Both the position numbers and the translations under genes were made by a program. Positions 1 to 11,842 of a DNA stretch of 64,000 nucleotides are shown piece by piece; the first letter of the stretch is position 1, and every line of letters starts with the position of its first letter. Under the pieces are notes generated by a model. That model had not been told where the DNA came from. It did not search any database and saw only the letters and a list, made by a program, of their open reading frames with translations. Source of the stretch: Felis catus (Eukaryota). The stretch covers positions 128,714,001-128,778,000 of the forward strand of contig NC_058368.1 in NCBI RefSeq assembly GCF_018350175.1, in the 5' to 3' direction.

Positions 1-1066
1 TCATGTATTATGCACCAACACTTCTAAGCCTCTTGTTGTATGCAAAATTCAGTCTTTTATATATCACCAGACAGACTGATTTAGAAATATCACCTGGTTG
101 CACTGATCACTGCCACTGGGGTAGAGGGCCAGACATGAGTCAGACAGAGAGGATCTTAAACTTGGCCATCTTACCACCATTTCTTCAAGCCAGAGGCTCT
201 TGTCAGGCATCAGAAAAGTCTCAATCTTGTTTATTTGCAGGGGGGAGAGCTATCTCAGAGATGTGTCACCTCAACCCAACCTCTTTTTCCACCCCAAAGT
301 CACCTCCAAATGCATTTGTCTCCCCTTGCACTGTCCCACCTGTGGGAAATATTAGGCTGGAAGTAGACAGATGGTTGGAAACATCACCAAGGATTATATG
401 TGTTTATGGGTCACAACCAATATAGGCCTCCACCTTTAATTTGGTAATGGTAGAAGAAAATCCTGCCTCCATTGTGATAGATACCTAATGAGTTTTGAAG
501 CTTCAAAATTTAAAAATTAAAGGCTGCCCAAATATCTTCCCTTGCCTATGAGGATGCATTAGGGAAGGAGCAGTGGTCTAGAAAAGGAGAGATGCCTAAG
601 CCTGCTGTTTAATTCTTCAGGAGACTTGGTGTCACCTGCCTGTGACTGGTACCTGTCAAGGGTCTTACCTACAGGGTAACTAAGACCATAGGATGACACT
701 ATTTATAGGTACCAAATTAGAAATTTTGTAATTCCTAACCCAACCATCTTTTAATATGTAAGTCTTGTTCACCTTTCAGATGTGTAAGAACACCCTATTT
801 GCAGAGGAAAGAGGAATTATTTCCAAATAAAAACAAAACCAAAATCCTCTTCCATTATGGATGCTTACTGGAGCTCGTCTTTATCTTTATGGTTACAAAA
901 TGATGGTATTTCAGCTCTGGCCCTTGTTCTATACATTTATTATTCAGCACTGTGGTAAAGCAATAGCTCTTTTATCTCCCCCAATTTATTTTTTTATCCA
1001 TCTATTTATCTATATCTTTTAGTGGTTTGGCTTTATGGATTCCTTTGTTTTCTTAGTAGAACATTT

Positions 1067-1770
1067 AGTTCTCAAGCATTTTGGTCTCAGGATCTCTTTC
1101 ACTCTTCACAATTATTGACAGAGCTTTGTTTATAAGATATGTATTAATATTTATATTTAAACTAAAACCAAATTTTTAATTATTTTAATATTCTTTAAAA
1201 TTAAAACTAGTAAACCTATTACGTAAAGAAAATATTTTTTGTTGTTTACATAAAGAATATATATTTTATTTATTCATTCATTCATTCATTCATTCTTTTG
1301 AGAGAGAGAGAGAGAGAGAGAGTGTGCACGCACGTGCCCTGGTAGGGGCAGAGGGAGAGGAAAAGAGAGAATTTTAAGCAGGCTTCACACCTAGGGCAGA
1401 GCCTACTGTGGAGCTCAATCTCAGGACCATGAGATCATGACTTAAGCTGGAATCAGGAGTTAGATGCTTAACTGGCTGAGCCACCCAGGCAACCCCCCAA
1501 AAATATATTTTTGATCAGAAATAATGATACATACCCAAACAGAAACATTTAGAGAAAGGGGTAGCATTGCTTTATGTTTTACAAATCTCCCTGATGTCTA
1601 ACTTAATAAAAGATAGCTGGATTTTTTCATATCTGCTTCTTTATTCAGTCTGTTGGTATATCACATACATGTAGCTTCTAGAAAACTATGTTCACAAAGA
1701 ATGGAAGTGAAAAAGGCAAATAATGTTCTTAGTATTGTTACTAAAATAGTGTTGGCCTCTCATTCCCTTT
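1067..1770 (-). mobile_element. hAT-Charlie DNA transposon fossil (MER119/Charlie1-like), interrupted by a SINE
   Basis: agttctcaagcattttggtctcagg...; gatagctggattttttcatatctgcttc...; aaaaaggcaaataatgttcttagtatt resemble the recalled Charlie1/MER119 consensus. Confidence 0.6.
1264..1496 (-). mobile_element. CanSINE
   Basis: (GA)n tract and gagccacccaggc head on the - strand. Confidence 0.9.
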
Positions 1771-1789
1771 AAAAAGGTAACATATTGTT

Positions 1790-2000
1790 GGGGTGCCTGG
1801 ATGGCTCAGTCGGTTGAGCGTCCGACTTTGGCTCAGGTCATGATCTCACAGATGGTGAGTTCAAGCCCCACATCGGGCTCTGTGCTGACAGCTCAGAGCC
1901 TGGAGCCTGCTTCGGATTCTGTGTCTCCCTCCCTCTATCCCTTCCCCGCTCATGCTCTCTCTCTGTCTCTCAAAAATGAATAAATGTTGAAAAAAAAAAA
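1790..2000 (+). mobile_element. CanSINE (SINEC_Fc-type)
   Basis: ggggtgcctggatggctcagtcgg head, A tail, TSD aaaaaggtaa(c/a)atattgt. Confidence 0.95.
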
Positions 2001-2087
2001 GGTAAAATATTGTCATTTCTGCTATCTTTAAATCCATATACCACTGACCATTATGATCCACTTGGATTCAAACTTTTGTTTTGGCTG

Positions 2088-2306
2088 GTTTTTAAAAATT
2101 TTTTTATTATTATGTTTATTTATTTTGAGAGAGAGAGAGACAGAGTACGAGTGGGGGAGGGGCAGAGAGAGAGGGAGACAGAATCTGAAGCAAGGTTCTA
2201 GGCTCTGAGCTGTCAGCACACAGCCTGACATGGGGCTGGAACCCATGAGTGTGAGATCATGCCCTGAGTCGAAGTCAGACGCTCAACCGAGCCACCCAGG
2301 TGCCCC
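2088..2306 (-). mobile_element. CanSINE
   Basis: Ends gccacccaggtgcccc; degenerate TSD tgtttt(gg/ga)ctg. Confidence 0.95.
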
Positions 2307-2757
2307 TGTTTTGACTGTTTTATAAAAGCTGTTGTTTTACTATTAATTAAATTAAAGTAATTAAATATAATTAAAATTGTGCTTTGTTTTACATAATAAT
2401 CCACACTGAGCTCCAGTGTCAATTGTTTATTGTTGTATTAGGACTTATTAAGCCAATACGTGTATTAGATTAATGTTTTTGTTATCAAGTTAATTTTTAA
2501 ATGTAAATTAGACCCTAAAGTTTTTACACCTGACCAGGTACTTAAATTTGATCTGTTCGTAAAGATGGAAATTTTTTGATGTGATAAGTAGGATTACCTT
2601 TACAACTATTATATGAAAGCATATTAGTACAAATAAGTGTACAATTTGTGTATAATTTCTTACTCAGTGAGAGGGATAGACTTCATTCCCAGTTCTTAAA
2701 AATTATGGAAGTAGGACTTATTACAAAGAATGGAGTAGTTTTAAAACAATTTATTTG

Positions 2758-2998
2758 GGGGCGCCTGGGTGGCACAGTCGGTTAAGCGTCCGGCTTTAGC
2801 CAGGTCACGATCTCGCGGTCCGTGAGTTTGAGCCCCGCGTCAGGCTCTGGGCTGATGGCTCGGAGCCTGGAGCCTGTTTCCGATTCTGTGTCTCCCTCTC
2901 TCTCTGCCCCTCCCCCGTTCATGCTCTGTCTCTCTCTGTCCCAAAAATAAATAAAAACGTTGAAAAAAAAAATAAAACAAACAAACAAACAAAAAAAG
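2758..2998 (+). mobile_element. Young SINEC_Fc-type SINE
   Basis: CpG-rich, close to consensus; TSD aacaatttatttg; (CAAA)n in the tail. Confidence 0.97.
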
Positions 2999-3401
2999 AA
3001 CAATTTATTTGGGGGCAAGAACTTACATCTGATTACAAAAAATTTATTCAATAAACTAATAGCCTTATTTTGTATATGTAATTTTTTATATATCTTTGAT
3101 GTCTTCTATTTATAAATAAGATTTTCTCAGCAATTATCAAGGAATTAGCTAAACTAACTCATGTGTTACTCTGTCTTTTCATTTATACACAAATAAGTAT
3201 TGCTTATGATTTTTAAAAATCTTGGGAGACCTTAAATTGATAGACCTAAGACCTAGGAGATAGGATGTTATTTTTTTTTATCACAGACATTGAAATATAC
3301 TTGTATTATATATGCCTTTAGTGGTGGTACTGAGACTGGTAAACCTCTTTATCCTCTTCTCTGCTAAATTTTTTGATTTACATTTAAAAGCTTACAGAAC
3401 A

Positions 3402-3627
3402 GGGGCGCCTGGGTGGCGCAGTCGGTTAAGCGTCCGACTTCAGCCAGGTCACGATCTCGCGGTCCGTGAGTTTGAGCCCCGCGTCAGGCTCTGGGCTGAT
3501 GGCTCGGAGCCTGGAGCCTGTTTCCGATTCTGTGTCTCCCTCTCTCTCTGCCCCTCCCCCGTTCATGCTCTGCCTCTCTCTGTCCCAAAAATAAATTAAC
3601 GTTGAAAAAAAAAAATTAAAAAAAAAT
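3402..3627 (+). mobile_element. Young SINEC_Fc-type SINE
   Basis: Perfect 16-nt TSD aaaagcttacagaaca (3386-3401 and 3628-3643). Confidence 0.97.
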
Positions 3628-5307
3628 AAAAGCTTACAGAACACACACCTACCTTCAGAAGACAATTTGTTAGCATTTTGTGTTTTAGATGGTAGTTTTC
3701 CTTTCTGTACTTGTGATTGCTAAAAGGACATATATCTTCATATTCAGATGAGAGCTATATGAAGGCACAGGTATTTTGATTCTTCCAAACATTTTAAAAA
3801 TTGTCACGTAAACATACTTTAGTGTATGCTAAACTTATGATAACTTTTGTTATTACCTGTTTATATATATAGATACAAATAGCATTTTAGTAAAGACACT
3901 TAGATATTTTGAGCCTCTACTGTGAGAGTAATGCACCTCTCATTGTTACAAGCTCCTTTTGCTCTGACTCTTGTCCCTACAACTAGGCTTTACTGCTAAT
4001 ACCTTGACTTACTGTTAATTTATTGGGTAAGGTAAGCAAAAGGTTAGTGCCTTTTATAAAACTTGGGGAACCTCTGTGTTAAGATTAAATCACCTTGATT
4101 CAGTGAGTCCATAATGAAATGCAGAATTTCCCTAACCACATACTTCACAGTTATTACCTATTGATGGCTTGTCCATGAAATCTCAGCCTTTCACTTATTA
4201 TTACTAAGGCAAAGGAAATAGCACTAGTCATTCATTCTTCTTAGGCTATCCTTTTGTGGCTTCCTTTCTCCCACATACTCACTCTGAGGAATTTCCTTGG
4301 TCTGCAATTGAAGGAATTTTTAGCTGGTAGAATTTCAGGCAGAGATTTGCAACAAGGTCATTTTGCTTAATTATGTCATTCGGTCTATTTAGCATAGTGT
4401 AAGGTTGGTCATGGAGTGGGAAGAGAAAGTAGTATTTTGTAAAGGCCAGATTTCTCTCCCTGACTAGTGTAATTATTGTTAAGCCATGCTCCTCCCCTTA
4501 TACTTATTCACCATGGTCTTCTCTGTTTCAGCTTGCATTCCCTGAGTAGGCAGGCACACTCACTAACTTTTGGGAATTACCAACTTCACCTGGTTTCCCT
4601 AGGCTCACAGGCTCACTGAGAAGGGAATATGTTTTGAAACCACCAGTTTGACAAAGCTGCTTTGAAGGATATAATTGAGACTGTGGAAACAGAAGAAAAT
4701 ACCAGATAGTTTTATATCTTTTATATGAACCTAAAATACCTGTTAATCAAATTTTTATTATTGAGATAAGTAAGCCTATTGCATTCTCATCCCATCCCTG
4801 ATTCCTCTACACCTTTTTCTTTACTGCTCCATTTGCTTTCTTGTTTCTACACTGCTACCATCCTGTACCAGTGTGATCTCACATTCGTAGTTCCCCAGTT
4901 TTTGCCTTCTTAATTTAGATCCAGTAAGAGGTAATCACTCACATAGGTCATAGAATAGAACTCATAAGTTGGTTCCCTTGGGTTTGCCAGTATACTGTGG
5001 CGGTGGGATGGCAGCAGGATCTTGTGGTTCCTTACATAGTAGGGGGTGTGAGTAGCTGTTCCCTTGGGCAGTCATAGCAGCCGCTGGCACCTCTAATACA
5101 AATACTTGTAGAATTTGAAGGAGTTGAACACTGTTGATTATTAAAATGGTTTTTTGTATGTATTTTTTTTTGGCCATTTGTGCCCTAAGATTAATTAGTT
5201 CCTTTTTTTTTTTTAACAAAATCTACATTTACTCTACCAAAATTAATTTTGCATGCTATGGTAGAAAATTTTAAATTTTTGTAGTAAGTTTAGAATTTGC
5301 TTTTTCT

Positions 5308-5517
5308 TTAAAAATTTTTTTTTTATTGTTTATTTTAGAGACAGAGAGTAGAGCACAAGCAGGGTCGGGGCATAGAGAGAGGGAGACAGAATCTGAAACA
5401 GGCTCCAGGCTCTGAGCTGTCAAGCAGAGAGCCTGACATGGGGCTCAAACCCATGAACTATGAGATCATAACCTTAGCTGAAGTCGGACGCTCAATGAAC
5501 TGAGCCACCCAGGCCCC
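5308..5517 (-). mobile_element. CanSINE
   Basis: TSD tagaatttgctttttct (5291-5307 and 5518-5534). Confidence 0.95.
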
Positions 5518-5687
5518 TAGAATTTGCTTTTTCTAACAAAACTAACTCTAAATGGAATCTCTTCTTTGTCCTGATAATTCTTTTACCAAATAAGGAGGTG
5601 TGAAATATCCAAAGAGAAAATATTACTTGTAGTAACTACTGTGTCATGACTTCCTTTAAAAATAATGTAATCACTTTTGTCTTGTAG

Positions 5688-5777
5688 GGCAGACTATTCG
5701 AGAGAAAAGAATTATAGAAACAGCAAATAAAAGAGAAGTCGACTATGAAGTAGGGGATATCCCAACAGAATGGGAAG
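5688..5777 (+). CDS. NDUFAF2: NDUFAF2 internal coding exon (exon 2 by human numbering), 90 nt, phase 1-1
   Basis: Acceptor cttttgtcttgtAG (AG at 5686-5687) and donor G|GTAAGT (GT at 5778). Translates (G)QTIREKRIIETANKREVDYEVGDIPTEWE, matching human NDUFAF2 GQTIREKRIVEAANKKEVDYEAGDIPTEWE as recalled. Confidence 0.96.
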
Positions 5778-5984
5778 GTAAGTTTGTGTTTTTACTAGTA
5801 TCTTCTGGAAGGCAAATTGTTTATACAAAATTAACAGAAGCAGGTATAATTATATGTTTATTCTTTTTATGAAAGTTTTAGTAATCCGAATCCATGACCT
5901 TTTTTAAAGATATTCCATTTCTTTAAACATTGTGAAGGTGTCACACTTTAGTAAGGAAACACATATACAGTGAAAGGAACTTTT

Positions 5985-6196
5985 TAAAAAAATTTTTTTA
6001 TGTTTATTTATTTTTGAGAGAGAGAAAGAGGGTGAGTAGGGTAGGGGAAGAGAGAGAGGGAGACACAGAATCCAAAGCAGGCTCCAGGCTCTGAGCTGTC
6101 AACACAGAGCCCAACGTGGGGCTCAAACCACAAGCCGTGAGGTCATGACCTGAGTCAAAGTTGGAGGCCCAACCGACTGAGCCACCCAGGTGCCCC
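5985..6196 (-). mobile_element. CanSINE
   Basis: TSD cagtgaaaggaactttt. Confidence 0.95.
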
Positions 6197-6299
6197 CAGT
6201 GAAAGGAACTTTTAAACATTAGCTGAGCTGGTACTAGGGTGAGCTGAGCAAAGCTCCTATAATACAGACTTGACAGAGGCACTCACTTTCATGTGCTGA

Positions 6300-6440
6300 C
6301 TGTGCAGTCGCACACTCCCAGAGTTCAAATATTGTTTCTGGCACAGAATACCTACATGAACTTGGGAAAGTAAATTCATTCTTCTCAGTCTTAGTTTACT
6401 CTTTCATAAACTGTGAATAATACTTGCTGTTACCATCTGG
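6300..6440 (+). mobile_element. MIR fragment
   Basis: aacttgggaaagtaaattcattcttctcagtcttagttt...ctgtgaataatac resembles the MIR core. Confidence 0.5.
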
Positions 6441-6469
6441 AATATTTGCTCAACTTAAAATGACCCTGT

Positions 6470-6960
6470 TAGCTCATCCTCTGTTAAGACAAGGATGGAC
6501 ACTTGATCCCTATCAGGACTTTGGAATTAAGATAAGAGACCAAAGTGAGATATAACAGTAGCAGTCAGTCTTTCAGTATGGCTGGAACAATAACATATGA
6601 TTATGGGTAGTTATCTTCAATCTACTATCTAAGCTTTGTTGCAGGAAAAGTTGATCTATTAAGAAGAAAATGGAAACCAGTCTGCAAAAAGAAATAGTGA
6701 GACAGAATGTTTCCTAAGTTTCCTGAAAGTTTCCAGTCCTCTCTTCGATTTCTATCTAAATGTAGTTCAGCTGCACATCTGCCTTTGAGTATTAGTGCTA
6801 CCCCATATCCTTGTTCTAAATTTTCCCTTTTCCCTTACCAGTTCTTTGCCTAATACCTGACACATGCTAAATGTTCAGTAAATGTATATTGAATATGTGA
6901 AATCCAGCTTGAATTAGCTTTTGTTATTTGCATCTAAAAGAGCTTTACCTAGAATACCAA
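6470..6960 (+). mobile_element. Old MaLR LTR (MLT1-like) remnant
   Basis: Ends ...gcttttgttatttgcatctaaaagagc...aatac, typical of MLT1 3' ends; highly degenerate. Confidence 0.4.
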
Positions 6961-7104
6961 TATCTATCTTTTTCTTTCTGATTATACCAATATTTATTTT
7001 ATATCACTTATCACTTACCCAGTATTTACTTGTCTACCTGGTATTATAATCATTGTTTATAATCATTGCTGTTTATAATCATTGTTTATAATTATTATAA
7101 TGTT

Positions 7105-7325
7105 TTTTTTAATTTTTTTTTTAACATTTATTTATTTTTGAGACAGAGAGAGACAGAGCATGAATGGGGGAGGGTCAGAGAGAGAGGGAGACACAGAATC
7201 TGAAACAGGCTCCAGGCTCTGAGCGGTCAGCACAGAGCCCGACGCGGGGCTCGAACTCATGGACCGCAAAATCATGACCTGAGCCGAAGTCGGCCGCCCA
7301 ACCGACTGAGCCACCCAGGCGTCCC
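7105..7325 (-). mobile_element. CanSINE inserted into the A-tail of the adjacent SINE
   Basis: CpG-rich copy flanked by ttaattttttt on both sides. Confidence 0.93.
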
Positions 7326-7537
7326 TTAATTTTTTTAAATGTTTATTTATTTTGGAGAAAGAGAGACAGAGTGCAAGAAGGGGAGGGGCAGAGAGAGAGG
7401 GGATACAGAATCTGAAGCAGGCTCCAAGCCCTGAGGCGCCAGCACAGAGCCTGACATGGGGCTCGAACCCACAAACTGTGAGATCAAGACCTGAGCCGAA
7501 GTCAGATGCTCAACTGACTGAGCCACCCAGGCACCCC
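7326..7537 (-). mobile_element. CanSINE (host of the previous copy)
   Basis: Outer TSD at(t/c)attataatgttt flanks both SINEs. Confidence 0.93.
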
Positions 7538-7549
7538 ATGATCATTATA

Positions 7550-7700
7550 ATGTTTAATCATCACAACAATCCTATGAGGTAGACACTGTAATTATACCCA
7601 TTTAATAGGGAATCTAAGGTCTAGAAAGATTAGATATACTGCCTATGTTATACGGCTACAAACTGCAAACAGTAGACCTACTGCATCCTGGCAGGTGAAG
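7550..7700 (-). mobile_element. MIR fragment
   Basis: tcatcacaacaatcctatgaggtagacactgtaattatacccattt... Confidence 0.65.
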
Positions 7701-8127
7701 CATACTCTACTTGTGATAACTATAGGCATTAAGTTACTTTAATGCCAGTATGTGAGTATGAATATTTCTTCGGGATTATCTTTTCTGTTTTACCTTATTA
7801 GCTTTGAAAATATCAGAACTATGAGAAAAGAACATAAAAATGGGTAGAGACCAGAGATTTTTTGAAGAAATGCAGAATATAAACTGACAACTTTTAGCAG
7901 CAATAATTGAGATTTTTTTATTCTAACAGACTTTCCAATGTTATGAGCTACATTCACAATTCTTAAATAATGCCTGTACCTCCTTATGAGTCTATTTTAT
8001 CATTTTTTCCAAAAATAGTATAGAGTTAAAATGTTTATAAAAATAGAGTTACAAATAAACAAATAGGCATTGACTCATTTTTCAAAAACTTTGAGACTTT
8101 CAAGGAATTAAAATGAAATTCTAATGA

Positions 8128-8331
8128 TTTTTTTAATGTTTATTTTTATTTTTGAGAGAGAGAGACAGAGACAGAGCACAAGCTGGGGAGGAGCAGAAAG
8201 AGAATCCAAAGCAGGCTCCAGGCTCCAAGCTGTCAGCACAGAGCCCAACACGGGGCTCGAACCCATAAACCATGAGATCATGACCTGAGCCAAAGTTGGA
8301 TGCTTAACTGACTCAGTCACCTAGGAATCCC
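8128..8331 (-). mobile_element. CanSINE
   Basis: SINE body with short TSD ttctaatg. Confidence 0.93.
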
Positions 8332-8692
8332 AGTTCTAATGCTTTTTATGGCTTTGTCCTGATCCAGTAATTCAGCATAAGTATCCTGTGAGTCTTACCC
8401 TTAACATAAATGTATCAACCAAACACTGAAAATAAAATTATTCTTATAGTAGTACATATCAATTAAATGTAAAAAATAATTCCATACCATGAAAAAGTAA
8501 AGTAAAATAAAATAAATACACAACACACTATATTAAAAAAAAGAAAGGAAAGAGAAAGAAAACTTTTAAAGTAAATAGTGTCAACACCAAATGAATCTAA
8601 AGTATTTTCAGATCCAGATGAATATTTGTCAGTTATTAGTAGAGTAGCGGTCCCCAAAATGTATGGGGGATACGTGTTAGATGGATGCACTC

Positions 8693-10160
8693 TTCATTCA
8701 TTCATTCTTTTAGTAAATATCTGTGGCGGACCTCTGCATTCATAGAGTTTACTTTCTGGACTGGGAGAGTAGGTGGGAGAAAGACAATAAACCAGACAAA
8801 TAACTACATAGTATGTTAATGGCCACAGAAAATAAAACAGAAGAGAGGAAATAGGGAGTGTTGGGGAGAGTTTTGCAGTTTTAAATACTGTAATGAAAAG
8901 GCATTACTGAGGAAATGACTTGGAATAAAGGCAGAAGAAGGAGCTGGTTATGCAGATAAGTAGTAGAGGAGCATTCCTGGAGAGTGAGTGCAAAAGCCCT
9001 GAGGCAGGAGCATGCTCAGATGTTTAATGAAAAGCAAGGAAGCCAGTGTGATTGGAACAGAACCAGAGGGAAATTAATATATGAAGTTAGAAAAGTAAGA
9101 GTATACCCAGTCTTGTAGGACCTTATAGATAATTTAAGGACCTTGGCTTTTACTCTGAGTGAGATTGAATGCCATGGAAGGTTTTGAAAAGAGTAGTCAT
9201 ATGCTTTGTTATATTTAACAGCATCACTCTGGCTGCTGCACTGCAGAGACTTAAGAGGGCACAGGCAAAACATGGAGACAGGAGGCTCCTAATAATTTAG
9301 GCAAGGAGTAACTGTGACTTGAACCAGAGTAGGGGTGGGAGTGGGAAGAAGTAGTCGCATTCTGGGTCTTGTAAAAGCAGACCCAGTGGGATTTGCTGAT
9401 AGATTGGATATGGAATGTAAGAGAAAGGAGAGCAGTCAGTGATGCCTTTTAAGCTCTTGGCCTCACCTGGAAAAATGGACTGTTTTTCTATGCTGTTGAC
9501 TCTGAGGGCAATCCTGTGGGAGGAGCAAGTTGGGGCAGGGGGAATGAGATCAATTTTGGAAATGTTAAGTTTGAGATATCTATTAGACATCGAAGGAAAG
9601 ATAGTAAGTTGTATATAAGCCAAGAATTTAGTGGAAAATTTTGGGCTAGAGATAAAATTTGGGAGTTGACAGCTAATAAATGGTGTTTAGCGTTGGGAGA
9701 CTGGATGAGTTCACAAAGAGAATAAGTGTAAAGAGAAGATGAGACGTTCAGAGACTGTCCTGTCGACTGCTCCAGGGTTTAGAGACAGTGAAGACAAGAA
9801 AGAAGTAGCCAGAAAAGGAGAAAGAAGAATAAGGAGGAGGAGGAGGAGGAGGAGGAGGAGGAGAAGGAGAAGGAGAAGAAAAGTTTCATGTGCTGGAAGC
9901 TAATTTTCAAGGAGGATGGTTCAACCATTTAATGCTTCAACCATTAAATGAAGCTTGAGAATTAATTCTTTGCTTTAGGAACAAAGGACTCCATGATCCT
10001 GCCAAAAAATAGTGTGTAGGGTGTTAGGAACAAAAGCCTGATAAAGAAAGGATAGCAAAAGAATATTTGGAGGGAATGAGTATAGACAATGCTTCTGAGG
10101 AATTTGTGTGTAAAAGGGAATGAGTATTGAAGCAGACACTGGGTGGGAAAGGAAAGAGAG
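8693..10160 (-). mobile_element. L2 LINE fragment (resumes at ~12230-12470 after the L1 insertion)
   Basis: Reverse L2 3' end ttcattcattcatt...aaatat; typical blocks gccatggaaggttttga, ctctggctgctg and ttttggaaatgttaagtttgagat. Confidence 0.8.
9832..9882 (+). repeat. (GGA)n followed by a (GAGAAG)n purine tract
   Basis: Read directly from the sequence. Confidence 0.95.
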
Positions 10161-10169
10161 CAATTTTAT

Positions 10170-10387
10170 GTTTTATTGTTTAAAATTTTTTTGATGTTTA
10201 TTTCTTTTTGAGAGAGAGAGAGCCAATGCAAGTGGGGGAGGGACAGAGAGAGAGGGGACAGAGTATCCAAAATGGACTCCACGCTGACAGCAGAGAGCCC
10301 GATGTGAGAGGCTTCCACTCAGGTATTGTGAGATCATGACCTGAGCCTAGTTCAGACGCTTAACTGCCTGAGCCACCCAGATGTCCC
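10170..10387 (-). mobile_element. CanSINE
   Basis: TSD tatgtttt(a/g)ttgt. Confidence 0.92.
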
Positions 10388-10808
10388 TATGTTTTGTTGT
10401 GTTTTAAAGATAGGAGAAGTAACCAAATTATTTTTTTCTAAGAATAGAATTTAGTGATTCATCACTTACATATAACACCTAGTGCTCATCCCAACAGGTG
10501 TCCTCCTTAATGCTCCTCACCCTTTTAGCCCCTCTCCCCACCCAATCACCCAATACTCTGCCAGTAACCTTCAGTTGGTTCTCTGTATTTAAGAGTCTCT
10601 TATGGTTTTTCTCCATGTCTGTCTTTATATTATTTTTGCTTCCCTTCCCTTATGTTTATCTGTTTTGTTTCTTAAATTCCACATATGAGTGAAATCATAT
10701 GGTATTTGTCTTTCTCTGATGGACTTATTTCACTTAGCATAATAATCTCTAGTTCCATCAACATTGTTGCAAATGGCAAGGTTTTATTTTTGACTGCCAA
10801 GTAATACT

Positions 10809-10810
<2 letters not shown>

Positions 10811-10853
<43 letters not shown>
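10811..10853 (+). repeat. (TG)n microsatellite inside the L1
   Basis: Read directly from the sequence. Confidence 0.97.
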
Positions 10854-10855
<2 letters not shown>

Positions 10856-11596
10856 CACATCTTCTTTATTCATTCATCAGTCGATGAATATTTGGGCTCT
10901 GTCTATACTTTGGGCTGTTGTTGATAGCACTACTATAAAGATTGGAGTGCATGTGTCCCTTTGAAACAGCACTCCTTTATCCTTTGGATAAACACCTAGT
11001 AGTGCAATTGCTGGGGTGGAGGGTAGTTCTATTTTTAATTTTTTGAGGAAGTTCCATACTGTTTTCCAGAGTGGTTGCACCAGTTTGCATTCCCACCAGT
11101 GGTGCAAAAGGGTTCCTCTTTCTCCACATCCTTGCCAACATCTGTTGTTGCCTGAATTGTTAATTTTAGCCATTCTGACAGGCGTGAGGTGGTATCTCAT
11201 TGTGGTTTTAATTTGTATTTCCCTGATGATAAGTGATGTTGAGCATCTTTTTATGTGTCTGTGAGCCATCTGAATGTCTTCTTTCAAAAAAGTGTCTGAT
11301 CATGTATTTTGCCCATTTCTTCACTGGATTATTTGAGTTTGGTAAGTTCTTTATAGATTTTGGATACTAACCCTTTATCAGATAAGGTCATTTGCAGATA
11401 TCTTCTCTCATTCCTTAAGCACTGCCTTTTAGTTTTGCTGATTGTTTCCTTCATGGTGCAGAAGCTTTTTATCTTGATGAAGTCCCAATAGTTCATTTTT
11501 GCTTTGGTTTCCCTTGACTCTGGAGACATGTCAAGTAAGAAGTTGCTGTGGTGGAAGTCAAAGAGGTTGTTACCCGTTTTCTCCTCTAGGATTTTG

Positions 11597-11610
11597 TTTT
11601 TATGTTTATT

Positions 11611-11662
<52 letters not shown>

Positions 11663-11842
11663 TGAGAGAGAGAGAATATGTGAGCTGGGAAGGGGCTGAG
11701 AGAGGAGACACAGAATCTGAATCAGGCTGCAGGCTCTGAGTTGTCAGTACAGAGCCTGATGTGGGGCTTGAACTCACAAACCATGAGATCATGACCTGAG
11801 CGGAAGTCAGACACTGAACTGACTAAGCCACCCAGGCATCCC
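11597..11842 (-). mobile_element. CanSINE nested in L1 ORF2
   Basis: 17-nt TSD tctcctctaggattttg (11580-11596 and 11843-11859). Confidence 0.96.

Noticed and set aside
3..425. 140-aa ORF at the window start
   Set aside because: No recognisable homology or splice context, and it sits inside intron 1; most likely chance. BLASTP would settle it.
5688..5777. Rolling-circle translation of a circular exon 2 (30 codons, no in-frame stop)
   Set aside because: No in-frame ATG, both out-of-frame ATGs hit stops, and a 90-nt circle is unsupported.
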